Source of the DNA: an uncultured Clostridia bacterium
GTDB taxonomy: Bacteria; Bacillota; Clostridia; TANB77; CAG-508
NCBI GenBank assembly: GCA_944390695.1
Contig: CALXQP010000009.1
Location: 1-63,061, forward strand
DNA length: 63,061 bases
Reading direction: 5' to 3'
Numbering within the stretch: the stretch's first letter is position 1; each line of letters opens with the position of its first letter. This document shows, in pieces, positions 11,207 to 20,945 of this stretch. The notes under the pieces were generated by a model that saw only the letters and a list, made by a program, of their open reading frames with translations, searched no databases and had not been told where the DNA came from. The translations under genes and the position numbers were made by a program.

Positions 11207-11263
11207 CTCGCTTGGCTGGCCGGTTTTGGCCGTTTTGTTAATTTGGTGCCGGTTCTCTTTTTT
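11165..11263 (+). repeat. GC-rich composite repeat, family A (two 26-nt half-sites and a 46-nt spacer)
   Basis: GTTAATTTGGTGCCGGTTCTCTTTTT occurs at 11165-11190 and again at 11237-11263. The spacer is homologous to the spacers at 24999-25094 and 34136-34233. Confidence 0.85.
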
Positions 11264-11546
11264 CTCTTTTTGGTGGCGTCGAATTTTGTCGAACGATTTT
11301 TGTTGACAAATTGAAAAAAATGATGTAACATAATATTAGTCAAAGATAATTAAATCAAATTTTTTAAATCAAGTTTTTAATTTTGTAAAGGGAATAATTT
11401 AAATTCCCCCATTTTAAACTAATTAGATAAGTATTTTTTTAAAATTATTTTTTATAAATTAAACTTTAGGCCCCCTAAATCCTATAAATGTTCTTTAATA
11501 CATAATAAAATTAGTTCTTAAATTATTCTCTTTACAATCAAATATA

Positions 11547-12341
11547 TTATAATGTAATTAATTTACTAGGACAATCTCTATTAGCGACAGATAAGTTAAT
11601 TGAATTATCACTAGGAGAATTTAAAATTAATTCATCAACAACAGTTTGGTAAGCTAGTTCGGGAAAATTACTTTCTTTACTTAGATGACCAAGCATTGCA
11701 GTATGTAAATTACTATTTTTAGATAAATATGAAATGGTTTTTCCTGCCATAGTATTTGATAGATGACCTTTATCACATGCGATACGAGATTTTAAAGCAA
11801 ATGGATAAGAGCAACATTTTAAAACTTCTGTATCATAATTAGATTCTAGCAAAATAAATTCACTACCTTCTAAATAATTAATAATTGATTTAGTCATATG
11901 ACCAATATCTGTTGCAATACTAATTTTGTGAGAATTATCTTTAATTATATTAAAACCACAAGGATTTGCAGCATCATGTGGGATGCTAAATGGGAAAATT
12001 TCTAAGTCATCAATAAAAAATTTTTCTTGTGGATTAAAATAATTGATATTTTTGGTTGATAATTTTTCGGTTTGTGCTGGCATTGCATCAAATGTTTCTT
12101 TAGTAGCAAAAACAGGAATATCAAATTTTTTTGAAATTGTTGATATTCCCTTAATATGGTCTGAATGTTCATGAGTTACTAATATAGCATTAATTGAAGA
12201 AGGCTCTACTTCAATAGAATGCAAAGCTTCTTCAATTTTTTTACAACTCATTCCAGCATCAACCAAAATTTTAGTATTTTCTGTTTCTACAAATAAGCTA
12301 TTACCACTGCTACCACTATATAAGCTACAAAAATTTAACAT
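11547..12341 (-). CDS. MBL-fold metallo-hydrolase (YycJ/WalJ-like)
   Basis: 264 aa with the SGSSGNS start and the THEHSDH metallo-beta-lactamase motif. Confidence 0.85.
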   Translation of the reverse strand: MLNFCSLYSGSSGNSLFVETENTKILVDAGMSCKKIEEALHSIEVEPSSINAILVTHEHSDHIKGISTISKKFDIPVFATKETFDAMPAQTEKLSTKNINYFNPQEKFFIDDLEIFPFSIPHDAANPCGFNIIKDNSHKISIATDIGHMTKSIINYLEGSEFILLESNYDTEVLKCCSYPFALKSRIACDKGHLSNTMAGKTISYLSKNSNLHTAMLGHLSKESNFPELAYQTVVDELILNSPSDNSINLSVANRDCPSKLITL

Positions 12342-12362
12342 ATGTATTTCTTCTTTCTATTG

Positions 12363-13622
12363 TTATTCTTTTACTCTTTCGATTAAAGCTCCAAGGTTTT
12401 TGAATTTTTTCTCGATATTTTCATAACCTCTATCTATATGCTCTAAATTATATATTTCAGTTTTACCATCTGCAATTATTCCTGCAATTATTAAAGCTGC
12501 ACCTGCACGTAAATCTGTTGAATAAACAGGTGATCCATATAATTTTTCTACACCTTCGAAAAATGCAGATTTTCCTTGGGCTGTAATATTTGCTCCCATT
12601 TTATTTAATTCTTCTGTATATTGAAATCTAGATTCCCATATACTTTCGATTATTCTACTTGTACCATTTGCAACTGATAGTACTACACCCATTTGTGGCT
12701 GTAAGTCTGTTGGAAATCCAGGATATGGAAGTGTTTTTATCGTTGCTTTTCCAGGTCTTTTATCACACCATACTCTAATACTATCACCGAAATCTTCAAC
12801 ATGTCCACCAATTTCTATAATTTTTGCTGTAATAGACTCTAAGTGTTTTGTGATACAATTTTTTATTAAAATATCACCTTTAGAAGCTACTGCTGCAAGC
12901 ATAAAAGTACCAGCTTCAATTTGATCTGGAACTATTGAATATGTGCTATTTCCAGTAAGTTTTTTTACACCATTAATTTTTATTACATCTGTACCAGCAC
13001 CACGGATGTCTGCTCCCATTGTATTTAAAAAGTTTGCAACATCTACAATATGAGGTTCTTTAGCAGCATTATCTATAATTGTTGTACCTTCTGCTAAAAC
13101 AGATGCTAACATTACATTTATTGTTGCTCCTACAGATACAACATCCATATAAATAGATGTTCCAACTAATTTGTCAACAGATGCAGAAATCTTTCCTTGT
13201 CCAATTTCTACTTTTGCACCTAAAGCTTCGAATCCTTTTATATGTTGGTCTATAGGGCGTGCACCTAATTTGCATCCTCCTGGCATTCCAACTGAGATTT
13301 TTCCTTTACGTCCTAACATACTTCCAATTATATAATATGAAGCTCTAAATTTACTTGTTAATTCTTCAGATGCTTCAGTTTTTTCTATATTTCTTGTATC
13401 AATTGTAATTTCATTATTAGAATTCCATGTTATTTTGGCACCTAGGCCTTCTAATATTTCACATGATTTTTTTACATCACTAATATTTGGCAAATTTTCA
13501 ATTGTACAAACACCATCTATTAAAAGTGTTGCAGGTAAAATTGCTACAGCGGCATTTTTTGCACCACTTATTGTTACTTCACCGTGTAAAGGTGTTTTTC
13601 CTGTGATAACTAATTTTTCCAA
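12363..13622 (-). CDS. murA: UDP-N-acetylglucosamine 1-carboxyvinyltransferase
   Basis: 419 aa. Has the GEVTISGAKNAA start and the GGCKLGARPIDQH active-site loop. Confidence 0.95.
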   Translation of the reverse strand: MEKLVITGKTPLHGEVTISGAKNAAVAILPATLLIDGVCTIENLPNISDVKKSCEILEGLGAKITWNSNNEITIDTRNIEKTEASEELTSKFRASYYIIGSMLGRKGKISVGMPGGCKLGARPIDQHIKGFEALGAKVEIGQGKISASVDKLVGTSIYMDVVSVGATINVMLASVLAEGTTIIDNAAKEPHIVDVANFLNTMGADIRGAGTDVIKINGVKKLTGNSTYSIVPDQIEAGTFMLAAVASKGDILIKNCITKHLESITAKIIEIGGHVEDFGDSIRVWCDKRPGKATIKTLPYPGFPTDLQPQMGVVLSVANGTSRIIESIWESRFQYTEELNKMGANITAQGKSAFFEGVEKLYGSPVYSTDLRAGAALIIAGIIADGKTEIYNLEHIDRGYENIEKKFKNLGALIERVKE

Positions 13623-13722
13623 AAGTATTCCTCCTTAAATATTTCTTCTTTAGGAATATATCATAAAATACAAAAGATTACAACAGTTTTGCTTAAAATT
13701 TAAATTAGTATCTTATAGATTT

Positions 13723-14385
13723 TTATTTAGATGCAAAGAAATTATTTTCGGCGAAAAATTCAATTAATTTAAATTTAAATTTTATTGGACTTTTCTTGTT
13801 TTCAGATATTATATTATAAGATTCTTGTTCAAGATTGTCAGAAAGGTTTTCTTTTGCCTTTTCATCTACTACACCAGAAGAAATATCTATAAAACATAAT
13901 GATGGAAACATAACACACCACCAATTTTGACCTTTTGCTTCTCCAATTTCAACACGTAGAGCATCATAATTACCTGCAGGTAATGAAATATCTCCATAAT
14001 TTTTTGTAGGAAAATAAAAATTGTTAATATTTATTTTTACAGAATAATTATATCCATTATCAGAAATTACTTTTTCTGCTATTTTCTGAAAATCTTCTTT
14101 ATGATTATTTGCTATTTCCATAGCTTCTTCTTTTGTAGAACAATTTATACACATTTCATTCATATAATCAAGAAGAGCATCTCTTACTCTTAATTTTAAA
14201 GTTTGATCTTCATTACTGTCACTATTTGCAATAACATGTAATCTAAATACAGATTGAGATAAATCTTTTGCTATTGCTGTAACATAACTTTGTGCTGAAA
14301 TGAAAACATATAAAAATAATAAAGCTATTAATAAACTAAATTTTCTTAACATGGGATTTTTCATAAAATTTAAAAATTTTTTCAT
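13723..14385 (-). CDS. spoIIR: Stage II sporulation protein R
   Basis: 220 aa with a signal/TM start, then the FRLHVIANSDSNEDQTLKLRVRDALL and NWWCVMFPSLCF motifs characteristic of SpoIIR. Confidence 0.85.
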   Translation of the reverse strand: MKKFLNFMKNPMLRKFSLLIALLFLYVFISAQSYVTAIAKDLSQSVFRLHVIANSDSNEDQTLKLRVRDALLDYMNEMCINCSTKEEAMEIANNHKEDFQKIAEKVISDNGYNYSVKININNFYFPTKNYGDISLPAGNYDALRVEIGEAKGQNWWCVMFPSLCFIDISSGVVDEKAKENLSDNLEQESYNIISENKKSPIKFKFKLIEFFAENNFFASK

Positions 14386-14516
14386 ATTAATCCTCCTATA
14401 AACATTTTTGTAAAAATATATCTCTAAAATAATTATTAGCCAAAAAAAATATATTATACATTAAAAGGAAAATTTTTAGAAACTTAGAAAGAAAAGCTTG
14501 ACAAGCTAAAAATAAA

Positions 14517-14993
14517 ATGGTAAAATTTACCAAAAGAAATAAAAACAAGGGGATGGTCGTTGTGGTTGCCCAAAATAAAAAAACAGAAGAACTATGTTGC
14601 TTTTATGTAAGTGACTTTCATTTAGAAATGATATTATTACCATATATAAATAAAAAAATTGAAGAACAAGAGAATATATATATAACTACTGAAAATAATT
14701 TGAAAAGCTCATTGAAAATCTTAATAGAAAGAGTAAATTTAAAAGATGAGATTAAGGAAAAAATATTAAATTTGAATTGGGATGTGCAGAAAAACGAAGA
14801 AGAAATGAATTTAATAAAAGAAAATATATCTAATATAATAATAATTGGTTCAGAAAATTTTATTAATCAAAAAAACAAACAGATCAATAAAGAAAAATAT
14901 AAAAATATAATAAATTGTTATAGTTTTGATGAAGTAAAAGATGATATGGATAGAATAATAAAAAAACATAATGATGTACTAAATAATAAGTAA
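14517..14993 (+). CDS. Hypothetical protein (start uncertain; 14553 or 14562 possible)
   Basis: ORF only. A TTGACA-17-TAAAAT promoter at 14499-14527 overlaps the first codons, so the true start is probably internal. No family assigned. Confidence 0.45.
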   Translation: MVKFTKRNKNKGMVVVVAQNKKTEELCCFYVSDFHLEMILLPYINKKIEEQENIYITTENNLKSSLKILIERVNLKDEIKEKILNLNWDVQKNEEEMNLIKENISNIIIIGSENFINQKNKQINKEKYKNIINCYSFDEVKDDMDRIIKKHNDVLNNK

Positions 14994-15092
14994 TATTAAA
15001 AATATAATAAAATTTTAATAAAGTATTGAAAAATAAAATAAAATAGTATATAAGTAATATTATAGTATGTACCAAGAAAGGAAGTATATCAT

Positions 15093-16334
15093 ATGGAAGA
15101 AAACATAGAAAACATTAGAAAAACGCTCAAAAAATATTCTCAAGAGCATTTATTAAATGGATATGAAAAATTAGATGAAGCAAAACAAAAACAATTGGTG
15201 GAACAAATTGAAGGGATTGATTTTGAATTAATCAATAGCTTGTATAATAATACAAAAAAGGAATTTGAAAAAACAGATAGTAGTATAACACCAATTGAAT
15301 ATTTAGATAAAGAAAAATTGAATGGATATTATAAAGAATATCAAACAGTAGGAGAAAAGGCAATAAGAGCAGGAAAATTGGCAGCAGTAACAATGGCAGG
15401 TGGGCAAGGTACAAGACTAGGTCATAAAGGACCAAAAGGTACATTTGACATTGGATTAGAAACACACAAATCATTATTTGAATTATTAAGTGATTCATTA
15501 AAAGAACAAGGTAAAAAATATGGAGTTACAATTCCATGGTTTATAATGACAAGTGAGGAAAATAATGATGATACAGTAGAATTTTTTGCAAAACATAGAT
15601 TTTTTGGATATGAAAAAGATAAAAATATATTTTTCTTCAAACAAGGTGAATTACCTATGGTAGATACTGAAGGTAGAATATTAATAGGAGAAAATGGTCT
15701 TATTAAAGAAGCTGCAGATGGACATGGTGGAATATATGAAGCTCTTGTAAAAAATGGTATGACTAAGAAAATGAGAGAATTAGGAGTAGAATGGATATTT
15801 ATAGGTGGAGTAGATAATTGCTTGGTTAAAATGGTAGATCCTATACTTATGGGAATTGCCATAGAAAAAAATGTAACAGCAGCGGGTAAATCTGTTGTAA
15901 AAGCTAATCCACAAGAAAAAGTAGGAGTATTTTGCAAGAAAAATGGAAAACCATCAGTTATAGAATATACAGAAATTCCTAAGGAAATGGCAGAAGCAAA
16001 AGATGAAAGAGGAGAATTAATATATGGAGAATCTCATATATTATGCAACCTATTTAATATAGATGCAGTTGAAAGAATGGGAAAAAAGCCTTTACCATAT
16101 CACTCAGCATTTAAAAAAGCAACATATATAGATAAAGATGGAAATAAAGTAGAACCAGATGGACCTAATGCATATAAATTTGAAGCATTTTTATTTGATG
16201 CATTCGGAGAATTAGATGATATGGCTATTTTAAGAGTAAAAAGAGAAGAAGAATTTGCACCTGTAAAAAATGCAGCAGGTGTAGATAGTCCTGAAACAGC
16301 AAGAGAGCTATATAGAAAATTCTATCAATTATAA
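15093..16334 (+). CDS. UDP-sugar (UDP-N-acetylhexosamine/UDP-glucose) pyrophosphorylase, UDPGP family
   Basis: 413 aa with the MAGGQGTRLGHKGPKGTF nucleotide-binding motif of the UAP1/UDPGP family. Confidence 0.85.
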   Translation: MEENIENIRKTLKKYSQEHLLNGYEKLDEAKQKQLVEQIEGIDFELINSLYNNTKKEFEKTDSSITPIEYLDKEKLNGYYKEYQTVGEKAIRAGKLAAVTMAGGQGTRLGHKGPKGTFDIGLETHKSLFELLSDSLKEQGKKYGVTIPWFIMTSEENNDDTVEFFAKHRFFGYEKDKNIFFFKQGELPMVDTEGRILIGENGLIKEAADGHGGIYEALVKNGMTKKMRELGVEWIFIGGVDNCLVKMVDPILMGIAIEKNVTAAGKSVVKANPQEKVGVFCKKNGKPSVIEYTEIPKEMAEAKDERGELIYGESHILCNLFNIDAVERMGKKPLPYHSAFKKATYIDKDGNKVEPDGPNAYKFEAFLFDAFGELDDMAILRVKREEEFAPVKNAAGVDSPETARELYRKFYQL

Positions 16335-16347
16335 AGTATATAACATT

Positions 16348-16384
16348 AACTGCTGGTATAAAGAATGTCAGCAGTTATTTGAAT
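16348..16384 (+). terminator. Rho-independent terminator
   Basis: AACTGCTG-loop-CAGCAGTT followed by a T-rich tract. Confidence 0.5.
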
Positions 16385-16459
16385 TTTAAAATAAGAAAAG
16401 AAAAAGAAATCTGATTTTTTTCTAATTAGATTTATGCCAAAGAAAGGAATGTAGTAAAT

Positions 16460-18190
16460 ATGAATTATTTAGAAGAGTATAAAAAATGGTGTGAAGACCC
16501 TAATTTTGATGAAGAAACAAAAAAAGAATTATTAGATATAAAAGGAAATGATGAAGAAATAAAAGATAGATTCTATAAAGAATTGGAATTTGGAACAGCA
16601 GGATTACGTGGTATAATTGGAATGGGAACAAATAGAATGAACAAATATACAGTAGGTAAGGCAACACAAGGTCTAGCAAACTATATATTAGAACAAGGGA
16701 CACAAGATATGGGTGTTGCAATAAGTTATGATTCAAGGAAAATGTCAGACGAATTTAGTTTACAAACTGCATTAATTTTAAATGCAAATGGAATAAAAAC
16801 ATATTTGTTTGAAAGTTTAAGACCTGTCCCAGAATTATCTTTTGCTGTAAGAGAATTAAAATGTACAGCAGGAATAATGATAACAGCAAGTCATAATCCT
16901 CCCAAATATAATGGATATAAAGTTTATTGGGATGATGGTTCACAAATTGTTCCACCAAGAGATAAAGATATTATTGCAAAAGTTAGAGAAATTACAGATT
17001 TTAATGAAATTAAGACAATTAGTAAAGAAGAAGCTATTTCAAAAGGATTATTTAATATAGTAGGAAAAGAAATGGATGATAAATATATAAAAATATTGAA
17101 AGAACATATTTTAAATCCGGAAATAGTTAGTAAACAAGGTAAAGAACTAAAAATTGTTTATACACCATTACATGGAACAGGAAACATGATTGTAGAGAGA
17201 TTATTGAAAGAACTAGGTTTTGAAAATGTGTATGTGGTTCCTGAACAAGCAAAGCCAGATGGAAATTTTCCAACAGTAGATTATCCAAATCCTGAAGATA
17301 AAAAAGCATTTAAATTAGCTTTAGAATTAGCTAAAAAGGTTGATGCTGATGTGGTTCTAGCTACAGATCCTGATGCTGATAGATTGGGAATTTATGCAAA
17401 AGATACTGCAACAGGTGAATATATGCCATATACAGGAAATATGTCAGCATTATTAATAGCTGAATATAGAATTTCTCAAATGAAAGAAAAGGGAATTTTA
17501 CCAAGTAATGGTATGCTTATAACAACAATTGTTTCATCAGATTTAGCAAAAGCAATAGCTGCAAATTATAATTTGGAATGTATAGAAGTTTTGACAGGTT
17601 TTAAAAATATTGGAGCTGTAATGAAAAAAGCAGAAGATAATAAAGATAAAACTTATGTATTTGGTTTTGAAGAAAGCTATGGATGTTTAATTGGTGATTA
17701 TGCAAGAGATAAAGATGGAATTGCAGCAGTAATGTCTTTATGTGAAGCTGCAGCTTATTATAGATCAAAAGGTATTACTTTATGGGATCAAATGATTAAT
17801 ATTTATAAAAAATATGGATATTATAAAGAAGGCCAAGTTTCAATTGTTTTGGAAGGTGCTGAAGGTGCCGAATTAATCAAAAAAATGATGACAGACATGA
17901 GAAATAAAGAAATAAAATCTATTGGAGATTACAAAGTTTTAACTTTTAAAGATGTTGACAGAGATTATATGAAAAATATGATTACAGGTGAAGAGGGCAA
18001 AGTTGGTTTAGCAAAATCTAATGTTTTATATTATGAATTGGAAAATAATGCATGGTGTTGTGTTAGACCTTCTGGAACAGAGCCTAAAATTAAACTTTAT
18101 ATAGGGGTTAAAGGTAAAGATCCAGAAAATGCAACTGTAGAGATGGAAAAATTAAAATTAGCTATGGAAAAATTAGTAAGATCAGAATAA
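16460..18190 (+). CDS. Phosphoglucomutase/phosphomannomutase (alpha-D-phosphohexomutase)
   Basis: 576 aa with the active-site TASHNPPKYNGYK, metal loop DPDADR and GFEESYG motifs. Confidence 0.9.
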   Translation: MNYLEEYKKWCEDPNFDEETKKELLDIKGNDEEIKDRFYKELEFGTAGLRGIIGMGTNRMNKYTVGKATQGLANYILEQGTQDMGVAISYDSRKMSDEFSLQTALILNANGIKTYLFESLRPVPELSFAVRELKCTAGIMITASHNPPKYNGYKVYWDDGSQIVPPRDKDIIAKVREITDFNEIKTISKEEAISKGLFNIVGKEMDDKYIKILKEHILNPEIVSKQGKELKIVYTPLHGTGNMIVERLLKELGFENVYVVPEQAKPDGNFPTVDYPNPEDKKAFKLALELAKKVDADVVLATDPDADRLGIYAKDTATGEYMPYTGNMSALLIAEYRISQMKEKGILPSNGMLITTIVSSDLAKAIAANYNLECIEVLTGFKNIGAVMKKAEDNKDKTYVFGFEESYGCLIGDYARDKDGIAAVMSLCEAAAYYRSKGITLWDQMINIYKKYGYYKEGQVSIVLEGAEGAELIKKMMTDMRNKEIKSIGDYKVLTFKDVDRDYMKNMITGEEGKVGLAKSNVLYYELENNAWCCVRPSGTEPKIKLYIGVKGKDPENATVEMEKLKLAMEKLVRSE

Positions 18191-18345
18191 TTTATATTTA
18201 AAAATAAAGTAGTTTTAATTATAAATAAAGTGAATCCAAATTATTAGATAAAATTTTAATAATAAGGGTTCACTTTATTTATATAAAAATTCCATGTTCT
18301 AGTTATGAAATATTAATATATTCAGAATTTTTATTAATATATTAT

Positions 18346-19071
18346 TTATTTTTCGCTTTTTTCTTCTTTTTTCCATCCTTCTAAATTTCTTGAAATTGCT
18401 CCAAATAAATTTGCCCTAATCATAGGAATGTCTTTTTGCCATAAAAAGATTTGTTGTTTTATTGATTCTCTTTTTGTGTGTTCATCCATTGGGCAAACTT
18501 TTGGCATAATTGTTTTGTTATTTTTTTTGACAAAACGATTAGCATCTTTTTCACTTAATAAAATTAAAGGTCTAATTAATGTAATTTTACTTCTATCCAT
18601 ATAACTTTTAGGTGCAAATGTGTGTAAACTACCAGTATATAATAAATTTAGTAAAAATGTTTCTAATACATCATCCATATTATGCCCAAGTGCAATTTTA
18701 TTACATCCTTCGCGGATTGCTACACTATTTATTATTCCTCTACGCAAGTTGGCACATAGAGAACATGGATTTTTTTCTTGTCTTACATCAAAAACAATTT
18801 CTTTAATATTACTGTTTTCAATAAATAATGGAACACCAATCTCATCACAGTTTTTTTGTAAAATTTTTGTATCAAAAAATTCGAATCCAGGATTTATTGA
18901 TATTGCGATTAAATCAAAATGTTTTGGGTAGAATCTTTGTAATGCTTTTAAACCATTTAACATTGTGATTGAATCTTTTCCTCCTGATAAACATACTGCG
19001 ATTTTGTCTCCATCTTCTATCATATTATATTCTTCTATTGCTTTTCTCATTTTACTTAATATTTGTTGCAT
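18346..19071 (-). CDS. ttcA: PP-loop ATPase, tRNA 2-thiocytidine biosynthesis TtcA-like
   Basis: 241 aa with the SGGKDS PP-loop and the CSLCANLRRG cysteine motif. Confidence 0.8.
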   Translation of the reverse strand: MQQILSKMRKAIEEYNMIEDGDKIAVCLSGGKDSITMLNGLKALQRFYPKHFDLIAISINPGFEFFDTKILQKNCDEIGVPLFIENSNIKEIVFDVRQEKNPCSLCANLRRGIINSVAIREGCNKIALGHNMDDVLETFLLNLLYTGSLHTFAPKSYMDRSKITLIRPLILLSEKDANRFVKKNNKTIMPKVCPMDEHTKRESIKQQIFLWQKDIPMIRANLFGAISRNLEGWKKEEKSEK

Positions 19072-19088
19072 AATAAACCTCTTTCTGC

Positions 19089-19315
19089 AATTATTATAAC
19101 ATACTTGTCAAGTACATGAATTTTCAAATTTCGGTATTTTCCGTGAACATCCCTCAACTGTTTAAATAACATTTTCTATTTTTTTACTCCAATCAAACGC
19201 AAGGATTTTGGAGTTAGAATATAACTTGAGAGGGTTAAGGGGGGAGTTCGAAAAAAATACCGAAACTTAAAGCAAAATAGTACTTGAATTTACGGGAATT
19301 TATGTTATAATAATT
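19089..19315. repeat. ~227-bp imperfect palindrome filling the ttcA/tRNA-Arg intergenic region (family C module)
   Basis: Nested inverted repeats are listed in the findings. The central TACTCCAA..TTGGAGT and CTTGAGAGGG..AAAATACCGAAACTT modules recur at 28541-28640. Confidence 0.75.
19284..19311 (+). promoter_or_regulatory. Sigma-A-type promoter for tRNA-Arg
   Basis: TTGAAT-16 nt-TATAAT with a TGT extended -10, 12 nt upstream of the tRNA 5' end. Confidence 0.6.
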
Positions 19316-19323
19316 TGGAAGAT

Positions 19324-19399
<76 letters not shown>

Positions 19400-19424
19400 T
19401 TTTTTATAAAGGGATGAAATATAA

Positions 19425-19898
19425 GTGGAACAATACTTTATGGAACAAGCATTAAAAGAGGCTAAAAAAGCATATAAAAAGTTAGAGGTACCAGTTGGAG
19501 CAGTAATTGTTAAAGATGGAAAAATAATTGCAAGAGGATATAATCAAAAAGAGACCAAAACAGATACAACCAAACATGCAGAAATATTAGCTATACAAAA
19601 AGCAAGCAAAAAATTAAAATCATGGAGATTAATAGATTGTGAGATGTATGTAACATTAGAACCATGTTCTATGTGTGCTGGTGCAATAATAAATTCGAGA
19701 ATCAAAAAGGTTTATATAGGTACAATGGATGAAAAGACTGGAGCTGTTGGTTCAAAATTAAATTTATTTGAAGATTATACTTTTAACCATAAGGTGGATT
19801 TTGAAAAAGGCATATTGAAAGAAGAGTGTGAAAAATTGTTGAAACAATTTTTTAAAGAACTAAGAGTACTAAAGAACAATGGAGGAAAAAATGTATAG
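19425..19898 (+). CDS. tadA: tRNA adenosine(34) deaminase
   Basis: Has the HAEILAI and TLEPCSMCAGAI (CDA zinc-binding) motifs. GTG start at 19425 follows AAAGGGA; ATG at 19440 is an alternative. Confidence 0.9.
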   Translation: MEQYFMEQALKEAKKAYKKLEVPVGAVIVKDGKIIARGYNQKETKTDTTKHAEILAIQKASKKLKSWRLIDCEMYVTLEPCSMCAGAIINSRIKKVYIGTMDEKTGAVGSKLNLFEDYTFNHKVDFEKGILKEECEKLLKQFFKELRVLKNNGGKNV

Positions 19899-20634
19899 AA
19901 ATTTGAATAAAAAAATATTACATGTTATTATTATAATAGTAATTGTAGTTGCAATTTTAAGTGTTGCTGGAATCTTGATTTTAAGATATCAAGTTGAGGG
20001 TGAGAAAAATATGCCATTTAAGCTTACAAAAATTGCAATAGTTGGAAGTGTTGAGGGAACTGAGGCACAGGGCACAGGAGAAAAGTGGAATTTAGATATA
20101 AGTGAAAATAATGATATATATATTTATATAGAAAAAAATGCTGGATATTCAAAAACTGAAATAATAGATAATATAGAAATAAAAGATATAAATATTAATA
20201 GAAAAAGCGAATTGGGTGAAACAAAATTATATAAGCCTGTAAAAGATGAAAAAAGAATGTTTATTAATTCTGCTGAAAATGAAATAAATTCAATTATATA
20301 TACAGGTGAATTAGAGTCAAATATAAAAGAACAAAAAATTTCCAATCAAGGTGGAATTGTAGCTTTCAGATATTCAATAAATAATTTGGGCAAATATGTT
20401 TCTAATAGTGATGAACAAATCGATCATAGCAAATTATTACAATTAATAAATATAAATGAAGATGACTTAAAAACTGTACTAACATTTGATATATCTATTA
20501 AATTGACTAGTGGAAAAAGGTATGAAGCTAAAATTGATTTAGATATGCCAACTGCTGAGATAATAGAAAAAGGTACAGTAGGAATAGAATTAACAGATTT
20601 TAGTGATATTGCTTTTAAAAGAGTTGAAAATTAA
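19891..20634 (+). CDS. Hypothetical membrane-anchored protein
   Basis: ORF with a single N-terminal TM segment (ILHVIIIIVIVVAILSVAGILIL). GGAGGA RBS precedes ATG 19891. Overlaps the tadA end. Confidence 0.55.
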   Translation: MYRNLNKKILHVIIIIVIVVAILSVAGILILRYQVEGEKNMPFKLTKIAIVGSVEGTEAQGTGEKWNLDISENNDIYIYIEKNAGYSKTEIIDNIEIKDININRKSELGETKLYKPVKDEKRMFINSAENEINSIIYTGELESNIKEQKISNQGGIVAFRYSINNLGKYVSNSDEQIDHSKLLQLININEDDLKTVLTFDISIKLTSGKRYEAKIDLDMPTAEIIEKGTVGIELTDFSDIAFKRVEN

Positions 20635-20774
20635 ATCTGGAAAGAACAAATTTGTATGTAAATAGTATTTTTAATTATTTTATAAAGAAGTGTGCATTTA
20701 ATATTGCAATGCCTAAATTAGATAAAATGCTAAAAAATACTTGCAAAATTCATTATTACATTATATAATAGCAA

Positions 20775-20917
20775 TGGTATGAATGTTGACCTCTGTATGG
20801 AAAACAAACTCAATAAAAGTCTATGAATCTTGTCAGGTCCGGAAGGAAGCAGCAATAAGTAGAGCCTTTTATGTGGGAATTGTTTTCCATAGAGAGATTG
20901 ACAATCACACCATTTTT
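20775..20917 (+). ncRNA. ffs: Signal recognition particle RNA (small, 4.5S/scRNA-like)
   Basis: Conserved domain IV motif GTCAGGTCCGGAAGGAAGCAGC is at 20832-20853. A long closing helix pairs 20776-20806 with 20881-20911 and is followed by a T-run. Position upstream of dnaX is as in Bacillus. Ends are approximate. Confidence 0.8.
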
Positions 20918-20945
20918 TAAATGCAAATATAAAGGATGTGAGATT

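Noticed and set aside
11313-11415. Possible small RNA: a TTGACA-17-TAACAT promoter-like sequence followed ~70 nt later by hairpin GGGAAT-loop-ATTCCC and a short T-run.
   Set aside because: The -10 box is poor and the hairpin is short with a weak T-run. The hairpin could equally be the - strand terminator of the yycJ-like gene. Not supportable without expression data.
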